A DNA stretch of 64,000 nt from a virus. Under the pieces are notes generated by a model. It saw nothing but the letters and a program-made list of their open reading frames with translations. It searched no databases and was not told where the DNA came from. Below, piece by piece: positions 26,423-36,308 of the stretch. The position numbers and the translations under genes are program-made. The stretch covers positions 39,040 through 103,039 of the IMG/VR virus record IMGVR_UViG_3300036670_000209; one strand, given 5' to 3'. How positions within the stretch are numbered: the stretch's first letter is position 1; the number at the start of each line of letters is the position of its first letter.

Positions 26423-26602
26423 TCACTTTACTTCCACACATGCTGTCAGTATATTTTTAGTAGTACCTTGATCCAGTCGTTTAATAGGAAGAGCTGCTGC
26501 CACACATGCAGCTTCAGTTTTAAACCCTGTGATATTGGTCAGAGCCACACTATCACCAGTTCCCATGGCGCCCACATATGCAAATATCAGTAAAGTCCAC
26601 AT
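26423..26602 (-). CDS. 59-aa putative exported peptide with 2 Cys (not in ORF track)
   Basis: MWTLLIFAYVGAMG...GFKTEAAC...TACVEVK*. Confidence 0.65.
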   Translation of the reverse strand: MWTLLIFAYVGAMGTGDSVALTNITGFKTEAACVAAALPIKRLDQGTTKNILTACVEVK

Positions 26603-26781
26603 TATTTTTTCTCCAAGCAGGTTAATATCAAGTCTTTGGTATAGCCATTATCATTGATAATATATTTGTTAGCAAATTTTTCACATTCAATTTTACTATC
26701 AAATGCACGAGCGTTACCAATTACCATACTGTTATTGGGACTCACAGCACTGGTATATACAAAAATTAAAAGTATCCACAT
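26602..26781 (-). CDS. 59-aa tandem paralog of 26423-26602 (not in ORF track)
   Basis: MWILLIFVYTSAVS...AFDSKIEC...LTCLEKK*. Confidence 0.65.
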   Translation of the reverse strand: MWILLIFVYTSAVSPNNSMVIGNARAFDSKIECEKFANKYIINDNGYTKDLILTCLEKK

Positions 26782-26783
26782 TA

Positions 26784-27047
26784 TTAAAAACTTATTTGTT
26801 CGGTGAACTTCACGACTTTATCTGAATTGGCATGACAAAGTGTGCATTGCGTCCATGAAGTTGTTGTGGCTGGATAATCATATCCTGACTCTGAATACTT
26901 AGTTTTTTCAACAAGATTACTATGTATGCATTTACTTTTTAATAGGTCAAGTTCAACCCACAATTTATCAATTATCTTATAGTGTTTGATTTTAAGCAGT
27001 TCGATCTTTTTTTCAACTGCTTTAAACTCGATTTCAAAATTTGTCAT
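26784..27047 (-). CDS. Hypothetical protein, possible Zn ribbon
   Basis: CxH and CxxC. Confidence 0.55.
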   Translation of the reverse strand: MTNFEIEFKAVEKKIELLKIKHYKIIDKLWVELDLLKSKCIHSNLVEKTKYSESGYDYPATTTSWTQCTLCHANSDKVVKFTEQISF

Positions 27048-27071
27048 GATTTACCACTTAAAAATTATATT

Positions 27072-28007
27072 TCACATCAGCGCACACACTGGTACCGGAT
27101 TTTCCAAGTGCAAAAACTTTCTCACATAACACAGCCTTTCCTGTTCTGATAGAGTGGTATAGTGTGTAATATTGGCCCTGAGATGATCCAGTAGATCATA
27201 ATACTCCTCATCAATCTGCTGGCGAAATTCCTTAGTCATGAGTTTATCAGTACGCGGATTTCGTGCCACCCATTTGCTGGTTAGATAGTAGGGGGTTTTA
27301 ATTTTAAATGCCTGATGGTCCATGGTGTATGCAACAAATCCCTCATGCTGAGCCTCCCGGCTCAACTGGATCAGTTGAGCCAGTGTCAGCTGCTGGTGTT
27401 CCGCGACATGACACCCTAGTACATCTCGTGCAAACTGGTCCCACATGAAAAAGCTGGAACCTAGCACCACACTATCCCAGCTGTTCTCACGGCATCCCAG
27501 GAAGTACATGCCAGGTGTTTCAGTGACTATGTGTGGATCATTTGGGTGCACACATTCAAACATAAAGGTGTAGCTGCTGTGAAACTCAGTGGCATCCTGC
27601 CACTGAGTCAGTGGGTTATGTGTGGCCATCATTTCCCTGGCCATGCGTGTGTAATCGTTGTCAGTGCTACCGGCAGTGGAAACCAGCATTTTACCCTGAT
27701 AGGTGGTTACTGCCACCATGAAACCATTAACCTTGCGGTATACACTCAGAGGAGTATCCAGTGCAAGTACTGGGGCCTGTTTCTCCACTCCATAATTATA
27801 TATTTTGGTGAATGGCCTGGCCACCACATTGAAATTTGCATCCACTATGGTGCCACGGCACTGTTCCAAAAAGTTATTCCACAGTGAGTCATAGAATACT
27901 CTTTTGGTATACTTGAGAACAAACAGCCCAGGATGGGAAGCAGATTCCCTCATTGTGACTAGACGTGGATTTTCTGTGACAAATTTCTTTATTTCTTCTT
28001 GTATCAT
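27072..28007 (-). CDS. RNA ligase (T4 Rnl1-like)
   Basis: CRG, KVNG (motif I), TFMFE..HP.DPHIV, EGFV, KIK..YY. Confidence 0.8.
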   Translation of the reverse strand: MIQEEIKKFVTENPRLVTMRESASHPGLFVLKYTKRVFYDSLWNNFLEQCRGTIVDANFNVVARPFTKIYNYGVEKQAPVLALDTPLSVYRKVNGFMVAVTTYQGKMLVSTAGSTDNDYTRMAREMMATHNPLTQWQDATEFHSSYTFMFECVHPNDPHIVTETPGMYFLGCRENSWDSVVLGSSFFMWDQFARDVLGCHVAEHQQLTLAQLIQLSREAQHEGFVAYTMDHQAFKIKTPYYLTSKWVARNPRTDKLMTKEFRQQIDEEYYDLLDHLRANITHYTTLSEQERLCYVRKFLHLENPVPVCALM

Positions 28008-28008
28008 G

Positions 28009-28215
28009 TTAAACCTTTACCAGCTGATTTGATGTTTGTAGTAACTGGTATACATATGTGTTCTCATGGTATTGCACCCGAACTTTTTGTGTAGTAAATG
28101 CCAGTATGATACCCTTTTTCAGACACCGATATCTGGGAAGTATAAAAAGTACTTGGTCGCCCACTTGCAATGGTGTCTGATTAAAATCCAAAAAGTCAGT
28201 GACTGCTGTATCCAT
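28009..28215 (-). CDS. Hypothetical SH3-like small protein
   Basis: L.VGD.V...G.I..FT..KV.V pattern. Confidence 0.5.
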   Translation of the reverse strand: MDTAVTDFLDFNQTPLQVGDQVLFILPRYRCLKKGIILAFTTQKVRVQYHENTYVYQLLQTSNQLVKV

Positions 28216-28221
28216 GATATT

Positions 28222-28653
28222 CTATTCCTGCAGTGGGGTCGCGTCTGCCGTTGGGTATAAAAACTCAGTGATATTCCAGTGAAATCTGCGGCGCATGCGT
28301 TCCAGTGAGGTGTCAGGTACTGCATGTATATTTTGAAACTGGCTCTGCATGAGAATCAACACTGGCTCCACTCCCAGTGCACGACTTAGTTCCACATATG
28401 GCCGCAGTTCTCTCCAGGTGGAGAAAGTATTGGAAACCACCACATCTTCACCAGTTTGCAAGAGCTCACGTGTGGTATTCAGGCACCAGGCATGTGCATG
28501 TTGTAGCCTATCTGCATCAAATTCATAGGTACCAGATTTCATAAAATACTGATCTGCTTCCAGATGATTACCTGATCGTTGAGTAATTTTTTTGGCCAGT
28601 GAACTTTTACCAGATCCCGGTAATCCGCGAATCAGCGTAAGATTGCCCATCAT
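28222..28653 (-). CDS. P-loop kinase (AAA_33 / polynucleotide-kinase-like)
   Basis: RGLPGSGKS, EADQYF, VVSNT, H.VP; promoter TTGACA-N17-TAGAAT at 28721-28749. Confidence 0.8.
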   Translation of the reverse strand: MMGNLTLIRGLPGSGKSSLAKKITQRSGNHLEADQYFMKSGTYEFDADRLQHAHAWCLNTTRELLQTGEDVVVSNTFSTWRELRPYVELSRALGVEPVLILMQSQFQNIHAVPDTSLERMRRRFHWNITEFLYPTADATPLQE

Positions 28654-28775
28654 ACCGAACTCCAGGTTTTTCCATGCATTGATAACCTCATTTGTTAATT
28701 TCCGTGTGTTTAGTTAATGTATTCTATATTAAATCAATTTATCTGTCAATTCACCAACTCATACATGCCAAAATT

Positions 28776-29315
28776 TCAGTGATGCTCTTTGATCTTACCT
28801 TGCAATACTTGCTCAATAGCCTGATCCAATGGTACCACAATCTTGCCCGTTGCATCCATGCCCACATCCATTACCCTGTACTGCTCCAGCCCACTGACTG
28901 CACCATGCAGATGACCATGAAAGTGTATGGCGCCCCTGTGCTGCTGGTCAAATTCCGCTATGGGGTAGTGAAACATGACCATGAACACCCCATGATCCCG
29001 AAAACTCAAATAGTCATGTATCTCAGTAAAACAACTGCGAAATACATCATGCTGAAGATTTTTGCGATCATGATTGCCGGCAATAAGTATTTTTTTACCC
29101 TTGAGCCTTCGCATGATAGCGGCAGCATCCACTGCACTACAAAATGCCACGTCTCCAAGTATATACACCAGATCGTCATGTGACACCTGACTATTCCAAT
29201 CCAGGATCATCTGATCATCCATGGCAGATACTGACTCATATGGGCGCGTGCCCGCACAAAATTTCATAATATTGCTGTGCCCAAAGTGTAAGTCACTGGT
29301 GATAAATTTTTTCAT
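28776..29315 (-). CDS. Calcineurin-like metallophosphoesterase
   Basis: SDLHFGH, LGD, GNHD, HYP, HGHLH. Confidence 0.88.
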   Translation of the reverse strand: MKKFITSDLHFGHSNIMKFCAGTRPYESVSAMDDQMILDWNSQVSHDDLVYILGDVAFCSAVDAAAIMRRLKGKKILIAGNHDRKNLQHDVFRSCFTEIHDYLSFRDHGVFMVMFHYPIAEFDQQHRGAIHFHGHLHGAVSGLEQYRVMDVGMDATGKIVVPLDQAIEQVLQGKIKEHH

Positions 29316-29337
29316 ATACCAGTGTACATTAAACTGA

Positions 29338-30447
29338 TTAAGCAGTCAACTCTGGTGATGTATCACATAGATAGTATTTCTTAGTAAGAATGCCTGGTAA
29401 AAACTCATCGCGCAGAAACAATTCCCTGCTAATAGCCTGATTGGTATTTAAAAAGTCCTGAAAATTAACCCAGGAGGAAAGATTCTGATTCTTACTTTCC
29501 TGCACATGAGTATAACTTTTGTTAAAATCGCTAGGCTTGCTAGTGAGTGAAAATATGTTTTGATAGTAATTACTAGTTCTACCCAGTAGAGTACACCACA
29601 AATGATAATTTTTAGTATTGTTTTGTATTTGTTGTACAAATCTTCCCAGGTCATGTTGGTGATGAATCATACCATATTTTAACACTGCCCACATCTGTGC
29701 AGCCACTAGGTCAGTGGTATGGTCGTTCAGATAAAACCACTCCATATGTGATGTTTGATTATCAACACCAGTCATGATGGTTTTATCCACCATGGTAAAA
29801 TATACTTTTCCCTGTTCCACTATCATGCGTGGTTTTTCTAATCCACACACAGTAGCATAACTGATACCCTGTGGAACAGGGAATCGTGACACAACCTTGG
29901 TCAATTGATTATAGTTAAATGTTCCCTGCCCCAAATAGCCAGCGCCGGTTAAGTAATATTTTTTTGAAAAATGCGACTGTGCGTCAGATAATTCAGGTTT
30001 AAAAAACGATACTAATGGTAGATCAACATTGAATTTTTTAAAAACTTTATTGAGTATTTCTAATTTTTCTGATACCCATACTTCATTTGCCTCATTACTC
30101 ACTGATACAGTGGGATTCACCCACATGATTATCTCATCAATCTTTTGTCCGGCCCGTAGAAAGGATTCAACAATACTAAAACTATCAGATCCCCCAGAAT
30201 ATGATACTCTTACATAATCATATTTCTCCCTAATGTACCTGGCATGCTGCTCTTCATAATACTGTACTGAGTGGGCTGGGGCTATGTCCCATGCCTGCTG
30301 ATCGTACGCAGTTTCATTTAACCAGAGCCTGTATCCGCGCAGCGTTTTATTCTTGGTTGAATGCAGTATCTCAGTCCAGGCTGTCATTGAGTTATCAGTG
30401 ATATATGGACTGGAAATACTACTATCAATCTGATAGTAGGCTTGCAT
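29338..30447 (-). CDS. PP-loop (adenine nucleotide alpha-hydrolase-like) protein
   Basis: YSGGSDS PP-loop; G.EKP. Confidence 0.6.
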   Translation of the reverse strand: MQAYYQIDSSISSPYITDNSMTAWTEILHSTKNKTLRGYRLWLNETAYDQQAWDIAPAHSVQYYEEQHARYIREKYDYVRVSYSGGSDSFSIVESFLRAGQKIDEIIMWVNPTVSVSNEANEVWVSEKLEILNKVFKKFNVDLPLVSFFKPELSDAQSHFSKKYYLTGAGYLGQGTFNYNQLTKVVSRFPVPQGISYATVCGLEKPRMIVEQGKVYFTMVDKTIMTGVDNQTSHMEWFYLNDHTTDLVAAQMWAVLKYGMIHHQHDLGRFVQQIQNNTKNYHLWCTLLGRTSNYYQNIFSLTSKPSDFNKSYTHVQESKNQNLSSWVNFQDFLNTNQAISRELFLRDEFLPGILTKKYYLCDTSPELTA

Positions 30448-30451
30448 ATAC

Positions 30452-31363
30452 TTATTTGAGAATAGAGGTCACAGCTGCCACGGCATGTTCCATCTCAGCC
30501 AGCTGGGCTGCATCTGACTGGCCAGAAAATACACCCTTGAGTATAGTATGATCAGTAACCTTGGCCATGAGTGACTGCGGGTCTTTGAGTGCACGGGCTA
30601 GTATTCCCTGCACTTCAGCCCGATTAATATTACTGCCCAGCACACCCACATACACACCATAGTCCTTGAATGAGATATCTTGTTTGATTGTTTGTGTACT
30701 AATTCTCGGAGTAGTGGATACCATCTTTTTCACAGTATCCGGCGAGCCAGTGGTCAGGAAGCATTGTGCCTTGACCTGTGTAGCTGATGACTCGTTCACA
30801 ATGGCCAGGTAGTCAGTATCACCGGCAACAAATGCACGGAAAAGATCCTTGCCAGTGGCAAATCTCACAATTTTTACATTGGTCATGCCCAGGTCAGTGA
30901 GCTGCTGCTGCATGGGAACCACGTACAGCGGCTGACCGTTCATGGCCACAGTGGTAGGCACGCCTGATGACAGGTGACGCAGATTGAATCTATCCATATC
31001 ACGTGAGCATACCATCAGATAGGATTTGGTGACTAGCGTTACCAGGGTCTCCTTGTTAATTTTAATGTCACATCCAGCTGGATGTGACGGCTGTGCCATA
31101 CTAGTCATAAAGGGCACCAGGGTGGTGGTCAGGATATACGGGACAGTGGGGTTGTTTGCTACCCATGACACAACTTCGCGGCAGTTATTAAATGCCAGAG
31201 AATTTACACGATACCCACTCTTCTCCAGAGCCTCGGTTGTAGCTTCGGACCATGCAGAATCGTTCCCACCTGCTGGTGATGGACGAATCACAGTGATTTC
31301 CTTGGCAGCCCAGCTAGCTGTACATACCATGATGGCGGCGGAGATAATAATTTTCTTGAACAT
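30452..31363 (-). CDS. TctC/Bug-like periplasmic binding protein
   Basis: Signal peptide MFKKIII...SWA; P.PAGG.D motif; adjacent to TctA-like gene. Confidence 0.6.
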   Translation of the reverse strand: MFKKIIISAAIMVCTASWAAKEITVIRPSPAGGNDSAWSEATTEALEKSGYRVNSLAFNNCREVVSWVANNPTVPYILTTTLVPFMTSMAQPSHPAGCDIKINKETLVTLVTKSYLMVCSRDMDRFNLRHLSSGVPTTVAMNGQPLYVVPMQQQLTDLGMTNVKIVRFATGKDLFRAFVAGDTDYLAIVNESSATQVKAQCFLTTGSPDTVKKMVSTTPRISTQTIKQDISFKDYGVYVGVLGSNINRAEVQGILARALKDPQSLMAKVTDHTILKGVFSGQSDAAQLAEMEHAVAAVTSILK

Positions 31364-31371
31364 AATGACCC

Positions 31372-32691
31372 TTAAAAGTAAAGTTGAAATACAGTATAAC
31401 ATGTGGATTTGAACATGTCAAATACCAATACGCTGAATATAAAAGGCAGTGGATCCAACCGGAACCTGGCAAACACCAGTGCAGCCAGACCAAAGCTGGC
31501 AAAATTCAATATATTATTATTCAAAATCCAATTGTAATCCACAATGGAGGCCAGAATCAGTAGTAGTAAACTGGTTATGTACACCTGCTTGGGAACCCGT
31601 AATATGTACATTAAATATTTGCTGAACTTCAATGCCACAATCAGCGATATGAGGTTGGCCACCAGTATAATGGACAGCAACAACCATAGGTTATCACTGA
31701 AAATTGTGAGTATGGGAGTGGCTGCACCTTTGCCAAAAGTAAGTATGTTCAGGAATACTGCCTCGCTCATGGTTATGGGAATTCCCAGGGCCAACAGCGG
31801 CAACAGCATGCCCATGATACCCGAACAATGGCCGGCATCACTGCTCATCAGACTGTTCAAAGTTCTGTCACGCTCGGTATCGCAGGCCACTCGTTGCTCG
31901 GCCTGATAGGATACGCTGGCACTTAGTATATAACTCAAACCTGGCACCATGCCCACAAAATATCCTATGAATGTGCCACGTAGCATGGGTGCATGTTTGT
32001 CCCTGAGCTCAGGTATACTTTTTCTTAAACTCAGTGGGCGGGCTACCTGGAATTCAGTGAACTTGGACCCAATCAGTGCTGGAATGGAGGTGCCCACGGT
32101 GGCACCCAGTATCAGTGGTATCCAGGGGATACCGTTATCCAAAATATGCATACCAAAGGTCATATGATACTGGTAGGTCAGGCCATCATATCCCACATTC
32201 ATCAGTACACTGCCAATGAGTATGCCCAGAATAGCATGAATCTTATTGCTGGACATGAGTATCAGTGCCAGTACTGTGACAATAATCACCACAAATTGCA
32301 CACCGTTTCCAAAAAACTTGTATGCATAGCTAACCAGTGGAATACTGATCATCAGCATGCACAGTCCCAGTATGCTGCCCACAAATGCTGACACAGCATT
32401 TTGTAGGATGGCCACCTGGGTCAGGTTATTGCTGATCAAATACCCACTTTTTATTGCACTGGGAAAGGCACTTTCGGCACCAGGTACCCCAGTGTATATG
32501 GCTGATATGCTACTCATGTACTGACTACTCACCATCATCACAATGAAAAATGCCAGCAAGGAAACTGCATCCATGTTAATGAGTACACTGAATAACAATA
32601 TCATGGAGGTGGCTGGCCCAATACCTGGAAGTAGTCCCTCCAGCAGCCCCACGATCAATCCCATCATAGATGCGCTAATAACATCAGTCAT
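31372..32691 (-). CDS. TctA-family tripartite tricarboxylate transporter permease
   Basis: Polytopic; repeated GLLPGIG / GMVPGL, GVPG, LPLLALGIP. Confidence 0.78.
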   Translation of the reverse strand: MTDVISASMMGLIVGLLEGLLPGIGPATSMILLFSVLINMDAVSLLAFFIVMMVSSQYMSSISAIYTGVPGAESAFPSAIKSGYLISNNLTQVAILQNAVSAFVGSILGLCMLMISIPLVSYAYKFFGNGVQFVVIIVTVLALILMSSNKIHAILGILIGSVLMNVGYDGLTYQYHMTFGMHILDNGIPWIPLILGATVGTSIPALIGSKFTEFQVARPLSLRKSIPELRDKHAPMLRGTFIGYFVGMVPGLSYILSASVSYQAEQRVACDTERDRTLNSLMSSDAGHCSGIMGMLLPLLALGIPITMSEAVFLNILTFGKGAATPILTIFSDNLWLLLSIILVANLISLIVALKFSKYLMYILRVPKQVYITSLLLLILASIVDYNWILNNNILNFASFGLAALVFARFRLDPLPFIFSVLVFDMFKSTCYTVFQLYF

Positions 32692-32745
32692 AATCTCTTT
32701 CTAAAAAATAAAATATTTTACCACCAGTGCCCGGCTCAGTGGCCG

Positions 32746-33438
32746 TCAAATACCAACCCAGGTTATTGGTGCACAATGAATGCCCGAGTCATGTGACTCG
32801 ACCTCGGAAGTCAATCTGCGCCGACGATATTCTGCATGAATAAACGGCTCAGTGATTTGTTTGAATTTTTTCATTTGATTGCTCACCCGTGCCCTGTGCC
32901 AGCTGTGTATCAATGCAGTGGCCTGTGCCATGTAAACCACCAGTCCCATTAATTCAGATAATCTGCGATACTCATGCTCCCAGGTACTGAGATCTAAAAA
33001 GTTATCAATGGATATAATTTCATGAGCATATTTGGTACGCATGCTGTGCTCCTTGAGTAGTTCACCTGCACGCTGTCTGGGAAAGTTATTCCAATTTATT
33101 TTTGTATCCACCAACCAATAATTAGAAAAATCATCATATGACAGATCACAAAAATAATGCTCACCATTGGTATGGCTGTATTCATGTGGATGTATACATT
33201 TTACCAGTATAGCATAATTTGAATTATCATCCTGTGATGCTCTGGTAATATTGTCATGGAATTCTTGCCAGGAGGTGTAATCAGTGGCGTGATCAAAAGA
33301 ATAGGCCGCTGATCGGTTGGCCAGGGTATCCTCAATGAGGTCCACTGCTGGTACAGTTCCGGGCCCAAATGAAAATAACCGTTGTAAAAAATTACCCCCA
33401 TACCCTGGCTGGTATGCAATTATTATGGTTCGCATCAT
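32746..33438 (-). CDS. Hypothetical protein with sulfotransferase-like P-loop start
   Basis: Y.PG.GGNFL motif; weak. Confidence 0.45.
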   Translation of the reverse strand: MMRTIIIAYQPGYGGNFLQRLFSFGPGTVPAVDLIEDTLANRSAAYSFDHATDYTSWQEFHDNITRASQDDNSNYAILVKCIHPHEYSHTNGEHYFCDLSYDDFSNYWLVDTKINWNNFPRQRAGELLKEHSMRTKYAHEIISIDNFLDLSTWEHEYRRLSELMGLVVYMAQATALIHSWHRARVSNQMKKFKQITEPFIHAEYRRRRLTSEVESHDSGIHCAPITWVGI

Positions 33439-33597
33439 GCTAGTATTTAGTTAAGCGGTGCCAGGCAAATAAATGGAAATCTTGCATCATAGTTGGCAAC
33501 AGTATATCCCAAGCTGTAAAATCATCAGGATCACTCCTGACTCATGGTAATTGATATCATGCCATAATTTATGGCATCATAGCATCAGTTGTAAAAA

Positions 33598-33837
33598 TCA
33601 CTGCTTCTTTGGCTGCACTGGTTTGGATATTTTACTGGATACCAGGGCATATTTGATTACCCCGGAAATATTCCAGTGTTCCATGAGTTTATTTGCCATG
33701 ACTGATTCCAATCCATCACTGGTCAGGGTGGTGGGACCAGTGCCCAGCAGCTCATCAGCCTGGTGTGCCTGAAACTGATGGAATGGTATCAGCTGAACTT
33801 TGTCACCGTAGCTGGCTGTATACTGTTTATATTTCAT
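33598..33837 (-). CDS. Hypothetical protein
   Basis: ORF track. Confidence 0.5.
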   Translation of the reverse strand: MKYKQYTASYGDKVQLIPFHQFQAHQADELLGTGPTTLTSDGLESVMANKLMEHWNISGVIKYALVSSKISKPVQPKKQ

Positions 33838-33939
33838 TTAATTTTCCCTGAGGATAAATGGTTGATATCTCAACCGTTGTGCCATGTTTATTTAATTGAT
33901 CAGGGTACCAGTATATATTAAAATAATTTTTCAGTCAAA

Positions 33940-34215
33940 CTAGTATTGCCTGGGAGATTTATCAGATTTTTTAACCATGGTGGCCGAAATCTGTCCAATT
34001 ATTTGTGTCTGATAGCGTATTTTGGACTCCGCGGTTTCCAGTCGTTGTTGCAACTGTACAACCAGTCTGGCAAGATCATCAAACTTGCTGCGATCCTGCC
34101 GCATCTGTTTATCATGCCCCAATAGTGTGGGCCTGGGTGGGGCCAGTGGATCCACTGCTCGAGTTTTTTTAGCTCGCATTAGTTTGAGCATGGCTGGATG
34201 CATAGCAGGGGGCAT
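33940..34215 (-). CDS. Hypothetical coiled-coil protein
   Basis: ORF track; TAAATA at 34241-34246. Confidence 0.6.
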   Translation of the reverse strand: MPPAMHPAMLKLMRAKKTRAVDPLAPPRPTLLGHDKQMRQDRSKFDDLARLVVQLQQRLETAESKIRYQTQIIGQISATMVKKSDKSPRQY

Positions 34216-34246
34216 GATATATTCTTTCTGGTAACTAGAGTATTTA

Positions 34247-34648
34247 TTAATTCGCAGGTTGATCTGCAGGTTCCAGTGTCAATTGTGACTGTGCTTTATC
34301 AGCTAGCATCTCAGCCTCCAACTCCCCCAGTACTTCCAGCAGAAACTCTGGGTCCAGACGCTGCATGATCTGCAGAATATACTGATTATAACCAGCAAAG
34401 AAATATTTGAACATTTCTTTAAAATCCTGTTGATTACCAAAGCCATCTCGTACTACCATTTTTTTGCTCAGGTTCAGTACAATTCTAGGAGGTATGCTAC
34501 GTGTTTTATCACCACGCTGAATTTCCACTTGTTCGTCGTATTGAATGTTAGCTGTGTCATTCATCCATCCAGCCACGCTGGTGTTTACTCCTGCACGTGG
34601 AGTGGTACTGTAGTAGGCGTTAAGGAAAATATCTCGTTGTTTTTTCAT
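34247..34648 (-). CDS. Hypothetical protein
   Basis: ORF track. Confidence 0.65.
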   Translation of the reverse strand: MKKQRDIFLNAYYSTTPRAGVNTSVAGWMNDTANIQYDEQVEIQRGDKTRSIPPRIVLNLSKKMVVRDGFGNQQDFKEMFKYFFAGYNQYILQIMQRLDPEFLLEVLGELEAEMLADKAQSQLTLEPADQPAN

Positions 34649-34654
34649 ATGTGT

Positions 34655-35590
34655 TTACTCAGTGGGGCGAATTTGTATTAACTCAGTGATAGTGGCTGAG
34701 AGATTGATTTCAGAGTCACTGCATACTGCATGATTTACCAGGCCCTTGCGTATGGCTAAAATTGCATCATCCTGTTGTTCCGGAGTATCACCCCAAAGAT
34801 TTAAATTGTCATACATCCACCTAAAAACTCCATCAATATCATCACTGCTGGCACCGTTGCACACTGCATTGCGCCCCTCGCGTATCTTGCCCTGTTTGAA
34901 CAGGTCCACTGCTGCCAGGCGCCAGTCCTGCACTGAGGCATCTCCCTCACCAGGTGCAGCCAATTCACCACTGGTGCTGTTGGCCTGCAGACTGTTCAGG
35001 CATTTGCGCAGATCTGGGTAGGTGGCTGATACATAAGTGGCCAGAGTGCCCTCATCATACTTGATCTTCTCCTTGTCCAGCACTGTGGCAGCGCGGCTGA
35101 AGAATTCCACCATATCAGTTTTATCTATATGAATGCCCGAACATCTGGAGTGTATGGCATCCATGATCTTATGCGGCTTGTTGCATGTGAATATAAACCT
35201 GGCCTGACTAGCATATGTTTCCATGAGCCCACGCATGATGGCCTGTGCATTATGAGTCAGATAATCTGCCTCATCCATGAGCACAATCTTGAAGCTACCA
35301 AAGGGCATGGTAGAAACAAATCCCTCAACTTTACCCTTGAGAAACTCCACACCGTTGTCCCTGGAGGCATTCACATGCAAAAAGTCGTAACCCTCAATAC
35401 CCAATTCATTTACTAATATTTTGGCCAGTGTGGTCTTGCCAGTTCCTGGGCTGCCGCTGAGTAGTATATGTGGTATACTCTTGCTGGCGATCCAACTTTG
35501 GATTTGTTTGCGTTGCTGGTCATCAGTGAAAACATAGCCCTCAGTGGTGGTTGGGCGATATTCCTCTACCCATAATTGTTTTGCTGCCAT
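34655..35590 (-). CDS. Sliding-clamp loader AAA+ subunit (RFC small / T4 gp44-like)
   Basis: LWVEEYRP, GSPGTGKT, NAS, DEAD, SRC, DLRK.LN. Confidence 0.92.
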   Translation of the reverse strand: MAAKQLWVEEYRPTTTEGYVFTDDQQRKQIQSWIASKSIPHILLSGSPGTGKTTLAKILVNELGIEGYDFLHVNASRDNGVEFLKGKVEGFVSTMPFGSFKIVLMDEADYLTHNAQAIMRGLMETYASQARFIFTCNKPHKIMDAIHSRCSGIHIDKTDMVEFFSRAATVLDKEKIKYDEGTLATYVSATYPDLRKCLNSLQANSTSGELAAPGEGDASVQDWRLAAVDLFKQGKIREGRNAVCNGASSDDIDGVFRWMYDNLNLWGDTPEQQDDAILAIRKGLVNHAVCSDSEINLSATITELIQIRPTE

Positions 35591-35591
35591 G

Positions 35592-36056
35592 TTATTCCTT
35601 GTTTTCAGTACTGGTTGAAGAGTTGAGTGTGTGGGCAGTTTGCTGCGCCCTGGCGGTCTGTACATCGCTCAATGCTGATTCTAGCACAGATATATAGTTC
35701 ATGGTTTGTTGTTTACTCATAACCAGACTGGCTTCATAGTTAATAGTACCCGACCACCAAATGTCCTTGGTTAGCTTCACACGAGTAATTATCCCATCCA
35801 ACCAGTTTTCCGCAGTCCATAATATGGATTGTAGCCACTCGGTGGTAATATTGGGGAATCTGCTGTGACCAGTGTAGCGTCGAGTGTACATGGTCAGATA
35901 TGTAGTCACATCCACAGTCATATCATCAGCGGAACATGCAATCCATACCTGATGATCATGTGTTGCATCAGTACAAGTACAGTTCACACGATAGCTTTTG
36001 AGCGTGCCATAATCAGTGCCAGCACTGATGCCCTGTGCAGGAGTTTGTGGAGTCAT
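35592..36056 (-). CDS. Hypothetical protein
   Basis: ORF track; CxC..H. Confidence 0.6.
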   Translation of the reverse strand: MTPQTPAQGISAGTDYGTLKSYRVNCTCTDATHDHQVWIACSADDMTVDVTTYLTMYTRRYTGHSRFPNITTEWLQSILWTAENWLDGIITRVKLTKDIWWSGTINYEASLVMSKQQTMNYISVLESALSDVQTARAQQTAHTLNSSTSTENKE

Positions 36057-36223
36057 TATACCAGTTCTTCCACAATGCCCAGGAATTCTGCTGCAATCAA
36101 CAGACAGCCTGCTACCAGAAAATTGCCATACATCAGTGATAGACCAGCCAGGATGCGTACCGTACTTTTAACCAGGCTCACGTAAAAATGATTGCGGCCC
36201 GGATCTTTTGTTTGAATGCTCAT
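36056..36223 (-). CDS. 55-aa membrane protein (not in ORF track)
   Basis: MSIQTKDPGRNHFYVSLVKS...AEFLGIVEELV*; AAGGA RBS. Confidence 0.6.
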   Translation of the reverse strand: MSIQTKDPGRNHFYVSLVKSTVRILAGLSLMYGNFLVAGCLLIAAEFLGIVEELV

Positions 36224-36308
36224 GATATTTTTCCTTGAAGTATTAATAACCTATAAGCTATTATACATGGAAAACTGGCGGAACGCAATCAATCGTTCCG
36301 CCATTTGG

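Larger units (their letters stand above)
25627..26436. repeat. 35-bp exact direct repeats (25627-25661, 26402-26436) flanking a ~740-bp insert
   Basis: agcccattggtggtactgatgtcactttacttcca at both positions. Confidence 0.85.
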
